Positions 42,613 to 50,964 of a stretch of DNA of 64,000 bases are shown in pieces. The position numbers and the translations under genes were made by a program. The notes beneath the pieces are model-generated. The model was not told the DNA's origin and did no database searches. It saw only the letters and a list, made by a program, of their open reading frames with translations. The stretch's first letter is position 1, and each line of letters begins with the position of its first letter. This DNA is from Myxococcota bacterium. Lineage in GTDB: Bacteria; Myxococcota_A; UBA9160; UBA6930. Where the stretch lies: contig OZ245015.1 of NCBI GenBank assembly GCA_965223705.1, positions 258,582 through 322,581 on the forward strand, written 5' to 3'.

Positions 42613-44337
42613 CTAGGCGCTGCGCACGACGCCACCGGGGCGGGCCCCCGTCGTTTGCCCGTGCTCTTGCACCGCTTGCCCTGAGACGTACGTCGCGACG
42701 TAACCCTTCGCGGTTTGCATCAAGCGCGGCATACCGGCCGGGAGATCGGCGATGACGTGCGGGTGATCGACGTGAAGCGCATCGAAATCGATCAAGTTGA
42801 TGTCGGCCTTCGCGCCCGCAACGAGGGTCCCTCGATCGTTCAAGCCGAAGAGCTTCGCGTTGTCGCTCGTCAGCTTCTTGACCACGAACTCGAGCGGCAT
42901 GTGGTACGGGTGATCGGCGTCGAAGTCGCGCACCCAGTGCGTCAGCATGTAGGTGTGGATGCTCGCGTCGATGACCTGTCGCACGTGGGCGCCGGCATCG
43001 GATAAGCCCAAAACGGCAATGTCGTCGCGGATCATTTCCGCCATCGCGTCGGAATTGCCTTCGACGTAGTTCACGACGGAATACATCAAGAACGTGTCGC
43101 CGTCGTTCGCGAGCATCATGTCGTACGCGACCTCCCGCGGATCGCGGTTCTCGCGCGCCGCGATCTTCGCCACGGAATCGTTCGTGTCCGGCGTGTACGA
43201 GAGCTTCTCGCCCATCAGGTACGTGCTCTCCCACACCGTCGGGCTGTTGTAGATCAGCGACATGCCGGTGGTGTTGGGATCTTTTTCGGAGAGCAGGGTT
43301 CGCTTGAGTTCCGGATCGCGCAGCCGCGCGATTTTTCCCGAGAGGGGAAGACCTTTCAGCGGCGCGAAGCTCGGTAGATACTCGAACGGATTGTCGCCTT
43401 GGAAGCTGAACAGGATCGAGGGCGGGCGCGCGGCCACTTGCGGAACGAGCGTTACGCCGTCGGCCCGCGCCGTGCGACAGATCTCGAGCTGCTCGCGCCA
43501 CTGGCTCGAATCGAGTCCGTGCTGAAGCAGCAGGAAGACCAACGGCACGCCGGTCGCGCGCGCAATGCGCTCCATGAGCCGCGTCTCTTCGAGAAGCGCG
43601 TCCGATTCGCCCGCGATGCCGTTCGGCACCATCTCGAAGACGCCGCGGCCCGAGTCTTTGACCGCTTGTGCGAGCCCGATCAGCTCGTCTTCGCTCGCGT
43701 ACGTGCCCGGTACCGGCTCGCCGTCGATCCCACAATGAATAAGGGTTCGAGAGGACGAGAAGCCAAGCGCCCCGGCGTTCATCGAGTCGCGAACCACGCC
43801 CGCCATCTTCGCGATGTCAGCCGGCGTCGCTTCTTCGTTGCGAGCACCGCGATCGCCCATCACGTAGGCGCGAACGGCGCCGTGGGCGATCATCGCGCCC
43901 ACATCGAGTGTGCGCGGCAGGCGTCCGAGGGAGTCCAAGTACTCGCCGAAGCTCTCCCAATCCCAGGGCATGCCTTCCGCCAGGGCCTTGCCGGGGATGT
44001 CTTCCACGCCTTCCATCAGGCCGATCAACCATTCGTGCCGATCCGGGGTCGCCGGGGCGAAGCCGACTCCGCAGTTGCCCATGACGACCGTCGAAACGCC
44101 GTGCCAGACCGAAGGCGCCATATCGGCGTCCCAGGTCGCTTGGCCGTCGTAGTGGGTGTGGATGTCGACCCATCCCGGTGTCACCAGCAGACCGTCCGCA
44201 TCGATGGTTTGCCGCGCATCGCCCAGATCGCGGCCGATCGCTGCGATTTTGCCGTCGGCGACGGCGACGTCCGCTGTGCTCGGGGGGGCGCCGGTGCCAT
44301 CGACCACGGTTCCAGCGCGCAAGATGAGATCGTGCAT
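42613..44337 (-). CDS. N-acyl-D-amino-acid deacylase (D-aminoacylase) family amidohydrolase
   Basis: MHDLILRAGTVVDGTG ... LVTPGWVDIHTHYDG. ATG 44337 is preceded by GGGAGG. Confidence 0.8.
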   Translation of the reverse strand: MHDLILRAGTVVDGTGAPPSTADVAVADGKIAAIGRDLGDARQTIDADGLLVTPGWVDIHTHYDGQATWDADMAPSVWHGVSTVVMGNCGVGFAPATPDRHEWLIGLMEGVEDIPGKALAEGMPWDWESFGEYLDSLGRLPRTLDVGAMIAHGAVRAYVMGDRGARNEEATPADIAKMAGVVRDSMNAGALGFSSSRTLIHCGIDGEPVPGTYASEDELIGLAQAVKDSGRGVFEMVPNGIAGESDALLEETRLMERIARATGVPLVFLLLQHGLDSSQWREQLEICRTARADGVTLVPQVAARPPSILFSFQGDNPFEYLPSFAPLKGLPLSGKIARLRDPELKRTLLSEKDPNTTGMSLIYNSPTVWESTYLMGEKLSYTPDTNDSVAKIAARENRDPREVAYDMMLANDGDTFLMYSVVNYVEGNSDAMAEMIRDDIAVLGLSDAGAHVRQVIDASIHTYMLTHWVRDFDADHPYHMPLEFVVKKLTSDNAKLFGLNDRGTLVAGAKADINLIDFDALHVDHPHVIADLPAGMPRLMQTAKGYVATYVSGQAVQEHGQTTGARPGGVVRSA

Positions 44338-44384
44338 AATGGCCTCCCTGGGAACGTCCCCAGGGTACCGCACGGAGGCTCCTC

Positions 44385-44915
44385 GTGGTCACACTCGCGG
44401 TCTGGATCTTCATCGCCGCCTCGTTGATCGGCGTCTTCGACATCATCTACTTCCATTTGTTGAAGTACCGCCTCTACGCGCACGAAGACTCGCGGGTAGA
44501 ACATTGGGCCCACACCGTGCGGATGTTCTGGCAGGTTCCGCTCGTCTATCTCGTGTTTGCCCGAAACGTCGGCGGCGAGCTTCTTTGGCTGGCGGTCGCC
44601 GTGGTGGCGATCGACATCGCGATCGAGGCCTGGGACCTCGTCGTCGAGCACGGAAGCCGCGAAAGTCTCGGTGGGCTCGGCCGCGCCGAGTACCTGATCC
44701 ACATGTATTCGACGATGGGCCGCGCGGCGAGCTTCGCGCTGATCTTCGGCGCGAAACCGTTGGGCGGTTGGACCTCGATCGCGCCTCACACGCTCCCGAC
44801 GGACTATCCGGTCATCGCGTCGGTCGCCGCCGGGCTCTTTATTCCGTCGGCCTTCGCGATCGCCCTGATCCACGTGTGGCTCTTGCAACCCCGCTACCGC
44901 GAGGTGACGTCATGA
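44385..44915 (+). CDS. Integral membrane protein, unknown function
   Basis: 176 aa with 4-5 hydrophobic helices (WIFIAASLIGVFDIIYF, LLWLAVAVVAIDIAI, IASVAAGLFIPSAFAIALI). Confidence 0.55.
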   Translation: MVTLAVWIFIAASLIGVFDIIYFHLLKYRLYAHEDSRVEHWAHTVRMFWQVPLVYLVFARNVGGELLWLAVAVVAIDIAIEAWDLVVEHGSRESLGGLGRAEYLIHMYSTMGRAASFALIFGAKPLGGWTSIAPHTLPTDYPVIASVAAGLFIPSAFAIALIHVWLLQPRYREVTS

Positions 44916-44952
44916 CCACCGACGTCGATGCGCGAGTTCTTTCGGGACTCGT

Positions 44953-46065
44953 TCAGCCCGTTTCGGGCTCGTGTTGGAACTGTGCGTAGATCTCCAAGAG
45001 CCCGGGGATCATCGCGACGCCCCAGGCTCCGAGGGCGAGCAGAACCCAATGCGTCGGTAGCAGCGCGAACGCCGCAACCCACGCAGCGACGAAGAGCGCG
45101 ACCCGTCGCATCATCTTCCCGGAGTTCGCCGACGGCCTGTCGCCCGGCCGCCCGAGCGGGAACGCTTTCGGTCGCAAGAACCAGCCGTGCGCGAGCAGGA
45201 GAAGCAAGAAGTGCGGCCAGGAAAGCTCGTTTCCCGAGAGGACCGGGTTTTCGTCGAGCGGCGATTCGGCACCGTCGGCGAGACGCGCCTGCAATGCTTC
45301 CCAGGTGTACGTCGGGTCCGGTCGACCGCCCGCGCCGGACATGTTGTCGCGCGTCGGTCGGCAACGCCATCGGTAGAGGGGGCGGCCATCTTTCGCGAGG
45401 CCGAGGACCGCCGGTTGGTAGTAGCCCTTCGGATGACTCGCCCACGGACGGGAGCGCAAGTGCCCGTAGTTCTCGTTCGCGTAGATTTCGACGAGGCCCC
45501 GCTCGCGGCATATCTCGAGAATCTCGTGATGCGGGTCGCCGACGGCCGGGAAGCCGAATTCCCAGTCTTCCTCGGCTTCCGTCGCCAGATGCTGTGGTTC
45601 GCTCGTGATGGCGAAGACTTCGCCGCCCGCTTCGCGGATCTTGTCGACGACTCCGGACTTTCGGTAGCTCCGCAACTCGAAGCGACACGGAGGTCACCAG
45701 CGACCTCGGTAGAAGAGAAGGAGAATGAAGTTGTAGCGCTCGAGCTGAGCGTCGATCCACGTATGGCGGACACCCCGCGGAGGATCGAGTAGGGCGGGGA
45801 TGGTTTCCGTCGGGTCCGCCTGAACAGCTTCCACTGAGAAGCCCGACCCGTTCGGCGTAACGCAAACTTGCTCGCGCAGGCACTGTTCGCCTTCGCAGAG
45901 GATCACACCGAATTCTCGCGGCTCACCCGGCGCGGCGGAAAGTGCGGTGGCCGTGTCGACGACGCCCGTCAGTCGAAACGCCGTGCCGCGCGTATCGTTC
46001 AACCACTGAACCGCGGCAGAAGCCGCCGGTTCGAGTGCTTTCGGGATTCCCTCGGGCTCGCCCAT
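44953..46065 (-). CDS. Predicted selenoprotein: membrane-anchored PRX_like2/AhpC-TSA-type redoxin with U-P-P-C active site (in-frame TGA at 45694-45696)
   Basis: ORFs 45694..46065 and 44953..45675 share one frame. Read-through gives FILLLFYRGRW-[TGA]-PPCRFELRSYRKSGVVDKIREAGGEVFAITSEP. The stop aligns with the first Cys of the FYRGxWCxxC motif. The C-terminus has hydrophobic helices. Confidence 0.7.
45668..45692 (-). promoter_or_regulatory. Candidate SECIS-like hairpin directly 3' of the in-frame UGA
   Basis: mRNA sequence: UGA C CUCCGUG UCGCUUCGAGU UGCGGAG. That gives 5 Watson-Crick and 2 G-U pairs with an 11-nt loop containing G. The loop is closer to the UGA than in the E. coli fdhF model, so this is tentative. 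Confidence 0.3.
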
Positions 46066-46101
46066 CGGACGAAGATACCAGATGCCTCGGTCACCAGAGT
46101 T

Positions 46102-46656
46102 CTAGTGGTGCTCTTGTAAGAACTTTGCGATGGCGCGTCCCGCCGCCAAGGCCGCGCGCTCCTCCGGGTCTTCCCAGGTCTTCTTGATGTTGCTGTTCCA
46201 TCCGACGGGTCCGCCAGCCTCGAAGCTTTGGGTGTGGACGGAGCTCGCGGTCGCTTGGAACTTGCCCAGGATTTTGTCGCCGCTGGGATCTCGCAAAACG
46301 CAGTGCACTTCGATTTCCGCTTCGCCTCCCGCGCCGAGAATGCGCCGGGTCCGGTTCGCCGGAACGAAACGCGGGATACGAAGCTCGAGAAGAAGCGCGC
46401 CATCGCGCGCCTTGCCGTCCGTTTCGACGAGCGAGAACTCGCCTGTGGGATCGAGGGTTTTCTTTGTGGCCGAAGCGACCGCGACGGCGCGGCTGCGCTT
46501 CTCTTCTGCGCGGTCCATGACGCGAAACACGAGCTTGTCGTAGTCCGCGACCGACGGATCGAGCGGCGCCGCGGATTCGAGCTTGCTCGGGGAGATGCAG
46601 CCCGTGAGAGCCGCGGCGCTCAGCAACGAAAACGCGAGAAAGAGACGGCGGTGCAT
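46102..46656 (-). CDS. Putative lipoprotein, unknown function, upstream of the selenoprotein gene
   Basis: ATG 46656 follows AAGGAG. Signal and lipobox MHRRLFLAFSLLSAAALTGC. 184 aa. Confidence 0.65.
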   Translation of the reverse strand: MHRRLFLAFSLLSAAALTGCISPSKLESAAPLDPSVADYDKLVFRVMDRAEEKRSRAVAVASATKKTLDPTGEFSLVETDGKARDGALLLELRIPRFVPANRTRRILGAGGEAEIEVHCVLRDPSGDKILGKFQATASSVHTQSFEAGGPVGWNSNIKKTWEDPEERAALAAGRAIAKFLQEHH

Positions 46657-46860
46657 CAAGGCTCCTTGCAGGGAGGATGTCCGATCCTTCGGAGAGGGCC
46701 ACGAACCCCTTGAGTAAGGCGACGATCTGCTGCCATCTCTCGTATTGGGTGGGTTTTCGCCCCAAGAGCCGGCAAGTTCATCATCGGCGGACCTTCTTCT
46801 TGCTGGGGCTCGCAGGCTTGAGCCACGCCGGTCGCCGGCGACCGCGCCTGAGTTGAAGAA

Positions 46861-46891
46861 GGTCCGCCCGAACACTACGCCCGGGCGGACC
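46861..46891 (-). terminator. Candidate intrinsic terminator after the secreted-protein gene
   Basis: 10-bp inverted repeat ggtccgcccg / cgggcggacc with an 11-nt loop, 9 nt after the stop. On the minus strand it is followed by UUCUUCAA. Confidence 0.4.
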
Positions 46892-46899
46892 TCTCCTCG

Positions 46900-47928
46900 C
46901 TAGGGCAACGAGTCGCAGCGCGCGTCGACGTTGCAGGCGACCAATCGGTTGGTCTCTCCATCCTCAGGCTTGATCTCGAAGAACGGACCCAGGTGCTTTG
47001 CGTAGAACTTGTACTCGAAGCCGTCGGGCTCGAGCGGCGTGAAGTCTCGCGTGACGAGACAATCACCGGCGCTGCACAAGTGCTCGGCGAGTGCCGGGTC
47101 CATGAACTCGTCGAGCTCCGGGTTCTCACCGTAGCGATAGGTCGTCGTGATGACGGTGGCCAGATCCTCCGCGTTGCTCGCGGACCACTCCTGCCGGTAG
47201 GTCATCCCCGGTCGCGGATCGGCCGGGACCAAGATCCCCGGTGCATCTCCGTCCCGGTCGGCCTTGAACGAACCGTCGATCGCGATGAGTTCCGCCTCCA
47301 TCGGTTGATCGCCTTCGAAGAACTCGAAGTCTTCGACCGCCTCCCCGCAGTAGTAGAGCGAGCCGTCGCGATGTAGAGCGAACCAGTCGTCGGTGTCTTC
47401 GCCTCCGTCCTCCTTCGTGACGAGGTCGTTTACAACGACGCAGGTCACATCGTCGATCAATTTCGTCTTCTCCGTCACGACCACCCGATTGCTCTCGTCC
47501 TCGGTCTCAAATTCCCAGAAGAAACCCGTGGCGATAGGGAAGTACGGGTTTTGCCGCGACGGATTGTCAAAGTTGGTGATGAAGTCTTCGGGCTCGAACT
47601 CCGGGTCGTAGCGCCCCTCCCCGACCAGATCACAGACATCGAGGCGCGCCCGCCATTGGCTTCGACACAGCGTCGTCGCTTCGGAACGTTCCGCGCGGGC
47701 CTCCCTGACGCATTCGCGTCGCTCGCGGCGTTCCGACTCTTGGAGGCAGATGGCCTTGCCGACGAACGCGTCATCTCGAATTTCGTGCAGGCACGCGGCG
47801 TATTGGAGAAGGGCCGTGCGCGAGCAGACGGGTGGCCCCGCACTGCTCGAGGACGGGTAGGCGAGGAGTGCAGCAGCGGCGAAGAGACCCCATGTCGGGA
47901 TCGTTCCAACGGATTTCTGAAAACTCAT
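46900..47928 (-). CDS. Secreted Cys-containing acidic protein, unknown function
   Basis: ATG 47928 follows AAGGAGG. Signal peptide MSFQKSVGTIPTWGLFAAAALLAYPSSSSA. The mature part is acidic with several Cys pairs. Confidence 0.65.
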   Translation of the reverse strand: MSFQKSVGTIPTWGLFAAAALLAYPSSSSAGPPVCSRTALLQYAACLHEIRDDAFVGKAICLQESERRERRECVREARAERSEATTLCRSQWRARLDVCDLVGEGRYDPEFEPEDFITNFDNPSRQNPYFPIATGFFWEFETEDESNRVVVTEKTKLIDDVTCVVVNDLVTKEDGGEDTDDWFALHRDGSLYYCGEAVEDFEFFEGDQPMEAELIAIDGSFKADRDGDAPGILVPADPRPGMTYRQEWSASNAEDLATVITTTYRYGENPELDEFMDPALAEHLCSAGDCLVTRDFTPLEPDGFEYKFYAKHLGPFFEIKPEDGETNRLVACNVDARCDSLP

Positions 47929-48051
47929 GATCGATTCCTCCTTGGCGGGCCACTCGGGCCCTGTCCCGCCGAGGTTCCGACGTAGAGCGAGCCGGGACAT
48001 CGACCGTCCCGCGTAGGTGGATCGTCGCTTTGTGGTACGCGGCCTCTCGCG

Positions 48052-48603
48052 TTACGCGTCTTCGCGGCGCGCAGCGGAATCGTGCGCTTGGGGAGGAAGG
48101 AGATCTTCGAGGAAGAAGGCGCAGAATGCACTTCGGCCGGGCAGGTTCGATTTTTGGTAGGCCATCCGAGCCTGGTGTCGCACCGTCGCTTCACTGGTCC
48201 CGCGGAGGTTGGCGATTTCCCCATGGGAGAAGCCTTTCAACATCAACAAGCCCACCTCCCGCTCGGCTTGGGTGAGCTTCCAAGCCTCGAACTGCTTCGC
48301 GATTTCCTCCCCCAGGCCTGAGAGGTAGCTCTGCGCACGATCGCGCCAGGCGGCGCCCTCCGCGCGAGCGATTTGCAAATCGCGGGTTATGGCGATCTTT
48401 TCCTCCCTTTCTTGCTGAAAGCGGCCCGTCAAGAGCGTCACCCCCACCGCAGAGGCGACAATGAGCGCCGTTTGCAACGCGTCGCCGAGGAAATCACCGA
48501 GCTCGATCGGCTCGTCTTCGGTGACGAATTCGACTCCCATCAACAGCAGGAAGGCCCCAATCCCGATCGCGGCCCAGCGTATTCGAATCGCTCGCTCGTC
48601 CAT
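48052..48603 (-). CDS. Membrane-associated LuxR-family (HTH) transcriptional regulator
   Basis: C-terminal LTQAEREVGLLMLKGFSHGEIANLRGTSEATVRHQARMAYQK is a LuxR/GerE HTH. The N-terminus has two hydrophobic helices. The start is either 48603 or 48666. Confidence 0.7.
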   Translation of the reverse strand: MDERAIRIRWAAIGIGAFLLLMGVEFVTEDEPIELGDFLGDALQTALIVASAVGVTLLTGRFQQEREEKIAITRDLQIARAEGAAWRDRAQSYLSGLGEEIAKQFEAWKLTQAEREVGLLMLKGFSHGEIANLRGTSEATVRHQARMAYQKSNLPGRSAFCAFFLEDLLPPQAHDSAARREDA

Positions 48604-48704
48604 TTCAGTGACTCCAACTCCGGTCCAGGTCCCCAAGGGGTCGCGCAGGGCGGGGCGTACGTCCATGCGACAAATCGCGTACTCAGCCCGCTGACGACGA
48701 CGGC

Positions 48705-50138
48705 TCAGAATGCCACGGTCATGCCCACGAAAGCGCCGATCGCCCAGCGTCCCCGACGCTCACCAAACGCGCGGCCCGCTCGGAACAGGGAAGCGGACAG
48801 CTCGAACTGAGCGCGCGGGTGATCCTCCAATGCGACGATCAGGTCGAGCGCTTGACCCACGTCGCGCGATCGACCCGAGAAGGCCGTCTCAATATTCGCC
48901 TCCCGAAGCTCGTCGCGCCGGTGCACCAGGCGGTAGTGGTGGTACGCGAGATCCACAGAGCTGGCTTCCCCGAGGGACGCGCCCAAGCCGAGGGTCAAGA
49001 TGCGTAGGTTCGCGAGCTCGGGATCGAGGAGGCGTCCGTACAGGGCGAACCGTTGGACGCCGCCAAAGCCCATTTCATTGGCGTGGAGGCTCGTCTGCCG
49101 GAAGCTCCGATCCGTGCGGTCGTCTTCCGCAGAGCCCGAGCCCTGCGCCCATCCGAGGCTGATTCGAGGTTGCGCGCGCAGCGGCAGAAACCAGGTGACG
49201 CCCAGGTCGAGGCCCCAACCCGAGACGTCTCGGCGCGATACCGAGCTGACCTCCCCCCCACCTTGGGGGCGGGGCTCAAACTCGATCAGGCGCTCGTGAC
49301 CGCGCACGATCGATAGGTCTGCCCAATAGCCGAGTTGCCCGCCCCACCCGAGTTCGAGCCCGCCGATCAAGCGGGGCCCGAGCCATAAGAGGGAAGCATC
49401 GACCTCGTCGAGCCTTCGCGCCCGCGCGACTTCGCCGACGCGGCGGTTACCGGATCGGTCCGCATCGGCGACGAGAAAAAACTCGAACGCGTGCGCTTCG
49501 TGCCAATCGAGCGTCGCTTCGACGAGGAGCCGTACGCGCCCCTCTTCTTCGGGATCGATCAAACGGTTGTCGACCTCGGCGGCCGCGAGCTCGTGTGCGA
49601 AGGCCACTGAGATCTCGAAAGGGTCGCGCTCGTACGTCAGACGAATGGCGTCGAGATCTTCGTCCCACCACCAGCTGCGATCGTCTTGGAATTCGAGGCG
49701 TCCGACCTCGACGTGGAACCCCTCCCAGAAGAGATTCTCCCGGATCACCCACATCTCGCCGCGTTCGATGAAGCTGTCGGAGAGGCGATCGTTTGTCTCG
49801 CTGAGCAGGTCTTCCCGCATGCCCAACCGCACTTGGGCAAAGAAGGACCAGCCTCCGACCGCAGCGTAGAACGCCTCGAGTTCGAGCTCGTGCTCGAGCA
49901 GAACGCGATCCTCGTCCGAGCGGCCGACGACCGCTTCGAGTGTCTCGAGCGTAATCTCATATTGGCCGGTGAGGGCTACCTCGCCGCCAAGAAGAGGAAC
50001 CTTGTACGGCTCCTCGACCCGATTCTCGTCCTCGCGTTCCGTCAGACGTTCGCGGAGGTCCTGAGCCGCTACGCACGGGAGCGCCCACAGCCAGCCTGCG
50101 GCAATGGTGAGAACGGCCGCGTACGACAAATCGCGCAT
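48705..50138 (-). CDS. Outer-membrane beta-barrel protein (alginate-export/AlgE-like by recollection)
   Basis: Signal peptide MRDLSYAAVLTIAAGWLWALPCVAA, alternating beta-strand pattern and a C-terminal ...GMTVAF aromatic terminus. The family assignment comes from memory of motif style only. Confidence 0.6.
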   Translation of the reverse strand: MRDLSYAAVLTIAAGWLWALPCVAAQDLRERLTEREDENRVEEPYKVPLLGGEVALTGQYEITLETLEAVVGRSDEDRVLLEHELELEAFYAAVGGWSFFAQVRLGMREDLLSETNDRLSDSFIERGEMWVIRENLFWEGFHVEVGRLEFQDDRSWWWDEDLDAIRLTYERDPFEISVAFAHELAAAEVDNRLIDPEEEGRVRLLVEATLDWHEAHAFEFFLVADADRSGNRRVGEVARARRLDEVDASLLWLGPRLIGGLELGWGGQLGYWADLSIVRGHERLIEFEPRPQGGGEVSSVSRRDVSGWGLDLGVTWFLPLRAQPRISLGWAQGSGSAEDDRTDRSFRQTSLHANEMGFGGVQRFALYGRLLDPELANLRILTLGLGASLGEASSVDLAYHHYRLVHRRDELREANIETAFSGRSRDVGQALDLIVALEDHPRAQFELSASLFRAGRAFGERRGRWAIGAFVGMTVAF

Positions 50139-50190
50139 GGAGCCCCCCGCCCGAGAAAATACGCTAGCGGCCGTTCGTTTAGGGGCCGGC

Positions 50191-50961
50191 ATGAACATCG
50201 GTTTGTTTTGTGAGGGGCGGTGGAAGCAAGCGCAGCGGAACTGGCACAAAGCGCGGGCGCGGCGTTGGGCCCACCGGGCGGTCCGGGACGGGCTTTTTCA
50301 GGGTATCGAGGCCGGTAAGATCCGCGAGATCGCCGAAAACTATGGGAACCACCCCTATCTGAAGTACAACGATCGGCTGCACCATACGTACCTGCGGACG
50401 GCCGAACGTATCTTCGCGCTCGGGCTTCATCGCGAACGGAAGCTCTCCGTACTCGATGTAGGAACCGGGTTTGGTCTGTTTCCGTACGCCGCCCGAGAGC
50501 TCGGTCACGCGGTGCTCGGTCTCGACCGACGGGACCCCTTTTTCGATGCGGTTTCCTCCGTCGTCGGGATCGACCGGGTGGTGCACGAAATCGCTCCGTT
50601 CCGGCCCTTGCCGCTCCTGCCCGGAGCGCCGTTCGACCTGGTGACGGCATTTGCCACATGTTTTGACGCAGCCGACCGAGCCGGTCAGTGGCGAGTGGCG
50701 GAATGGGATTTCTTCTTGAGAGATCTCACCCGACAAATGGCATCGGGTAGCCGCCTCTACCTCAAGTTCAATCAGTATCGCGGCGGGGGCGCTCGCCCGG
50801 GATCGGACGCGCGCGCGCTTCCCGACGCGCTCATGCGCTACTTCGAAGGACTGGGTGGCAGGTTCCGCAAACGAGCGATGGATCTCCGATCCGCGCCCGA
50901 AGCGTTGGCTTCCCATGTGCCATCAGCGTGTTCCGAACAAACGATCTCCCATATTACCTAG
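50191..50961 (+). CDS. Class I SAM-dependent methyltransferase
   Basis: Motif I VLDVGTGFGLF followed by VLGLD. The start is uncertain: ATG 50191 chosen. Confidence 0.7.
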   Translation: MNIGLFCEGRWKQAQRNWHKARARRWAHRAVRDGLFQGIEAGKIREIAENYGNHPYLKYNDRLHHTYLRTAERIFALGLHRERKLSVLDVGTGFGLFPYAARELGHAVLGLDRRDPFFDAVSSVVGIDRVVHEIAPFRPLPLLPGAPFDLVTAFATCFDAADRAGQWRVAEWDFFLRDLTRQMASGSRLYLKFNQYRGGGARPGSDARALPDALMRYFEGLGGRFRKRAMDLRSAPEALASHVPSACSEQTISHIT

Positions 50962-50964
50962 TCC

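Noticed and set aside
45694-45696. Reading the TGA as a pseudogenising nonsense mutation or a genuine stop between two genes
   Set aside because: This is less likely. The stop falls exactly on the first Cys of a CxxC redox motif, both flanks stay open in frame with intact domain continuity, and selA is present. It is not fully excluded without selB, selC, selD and SECIS evidence.
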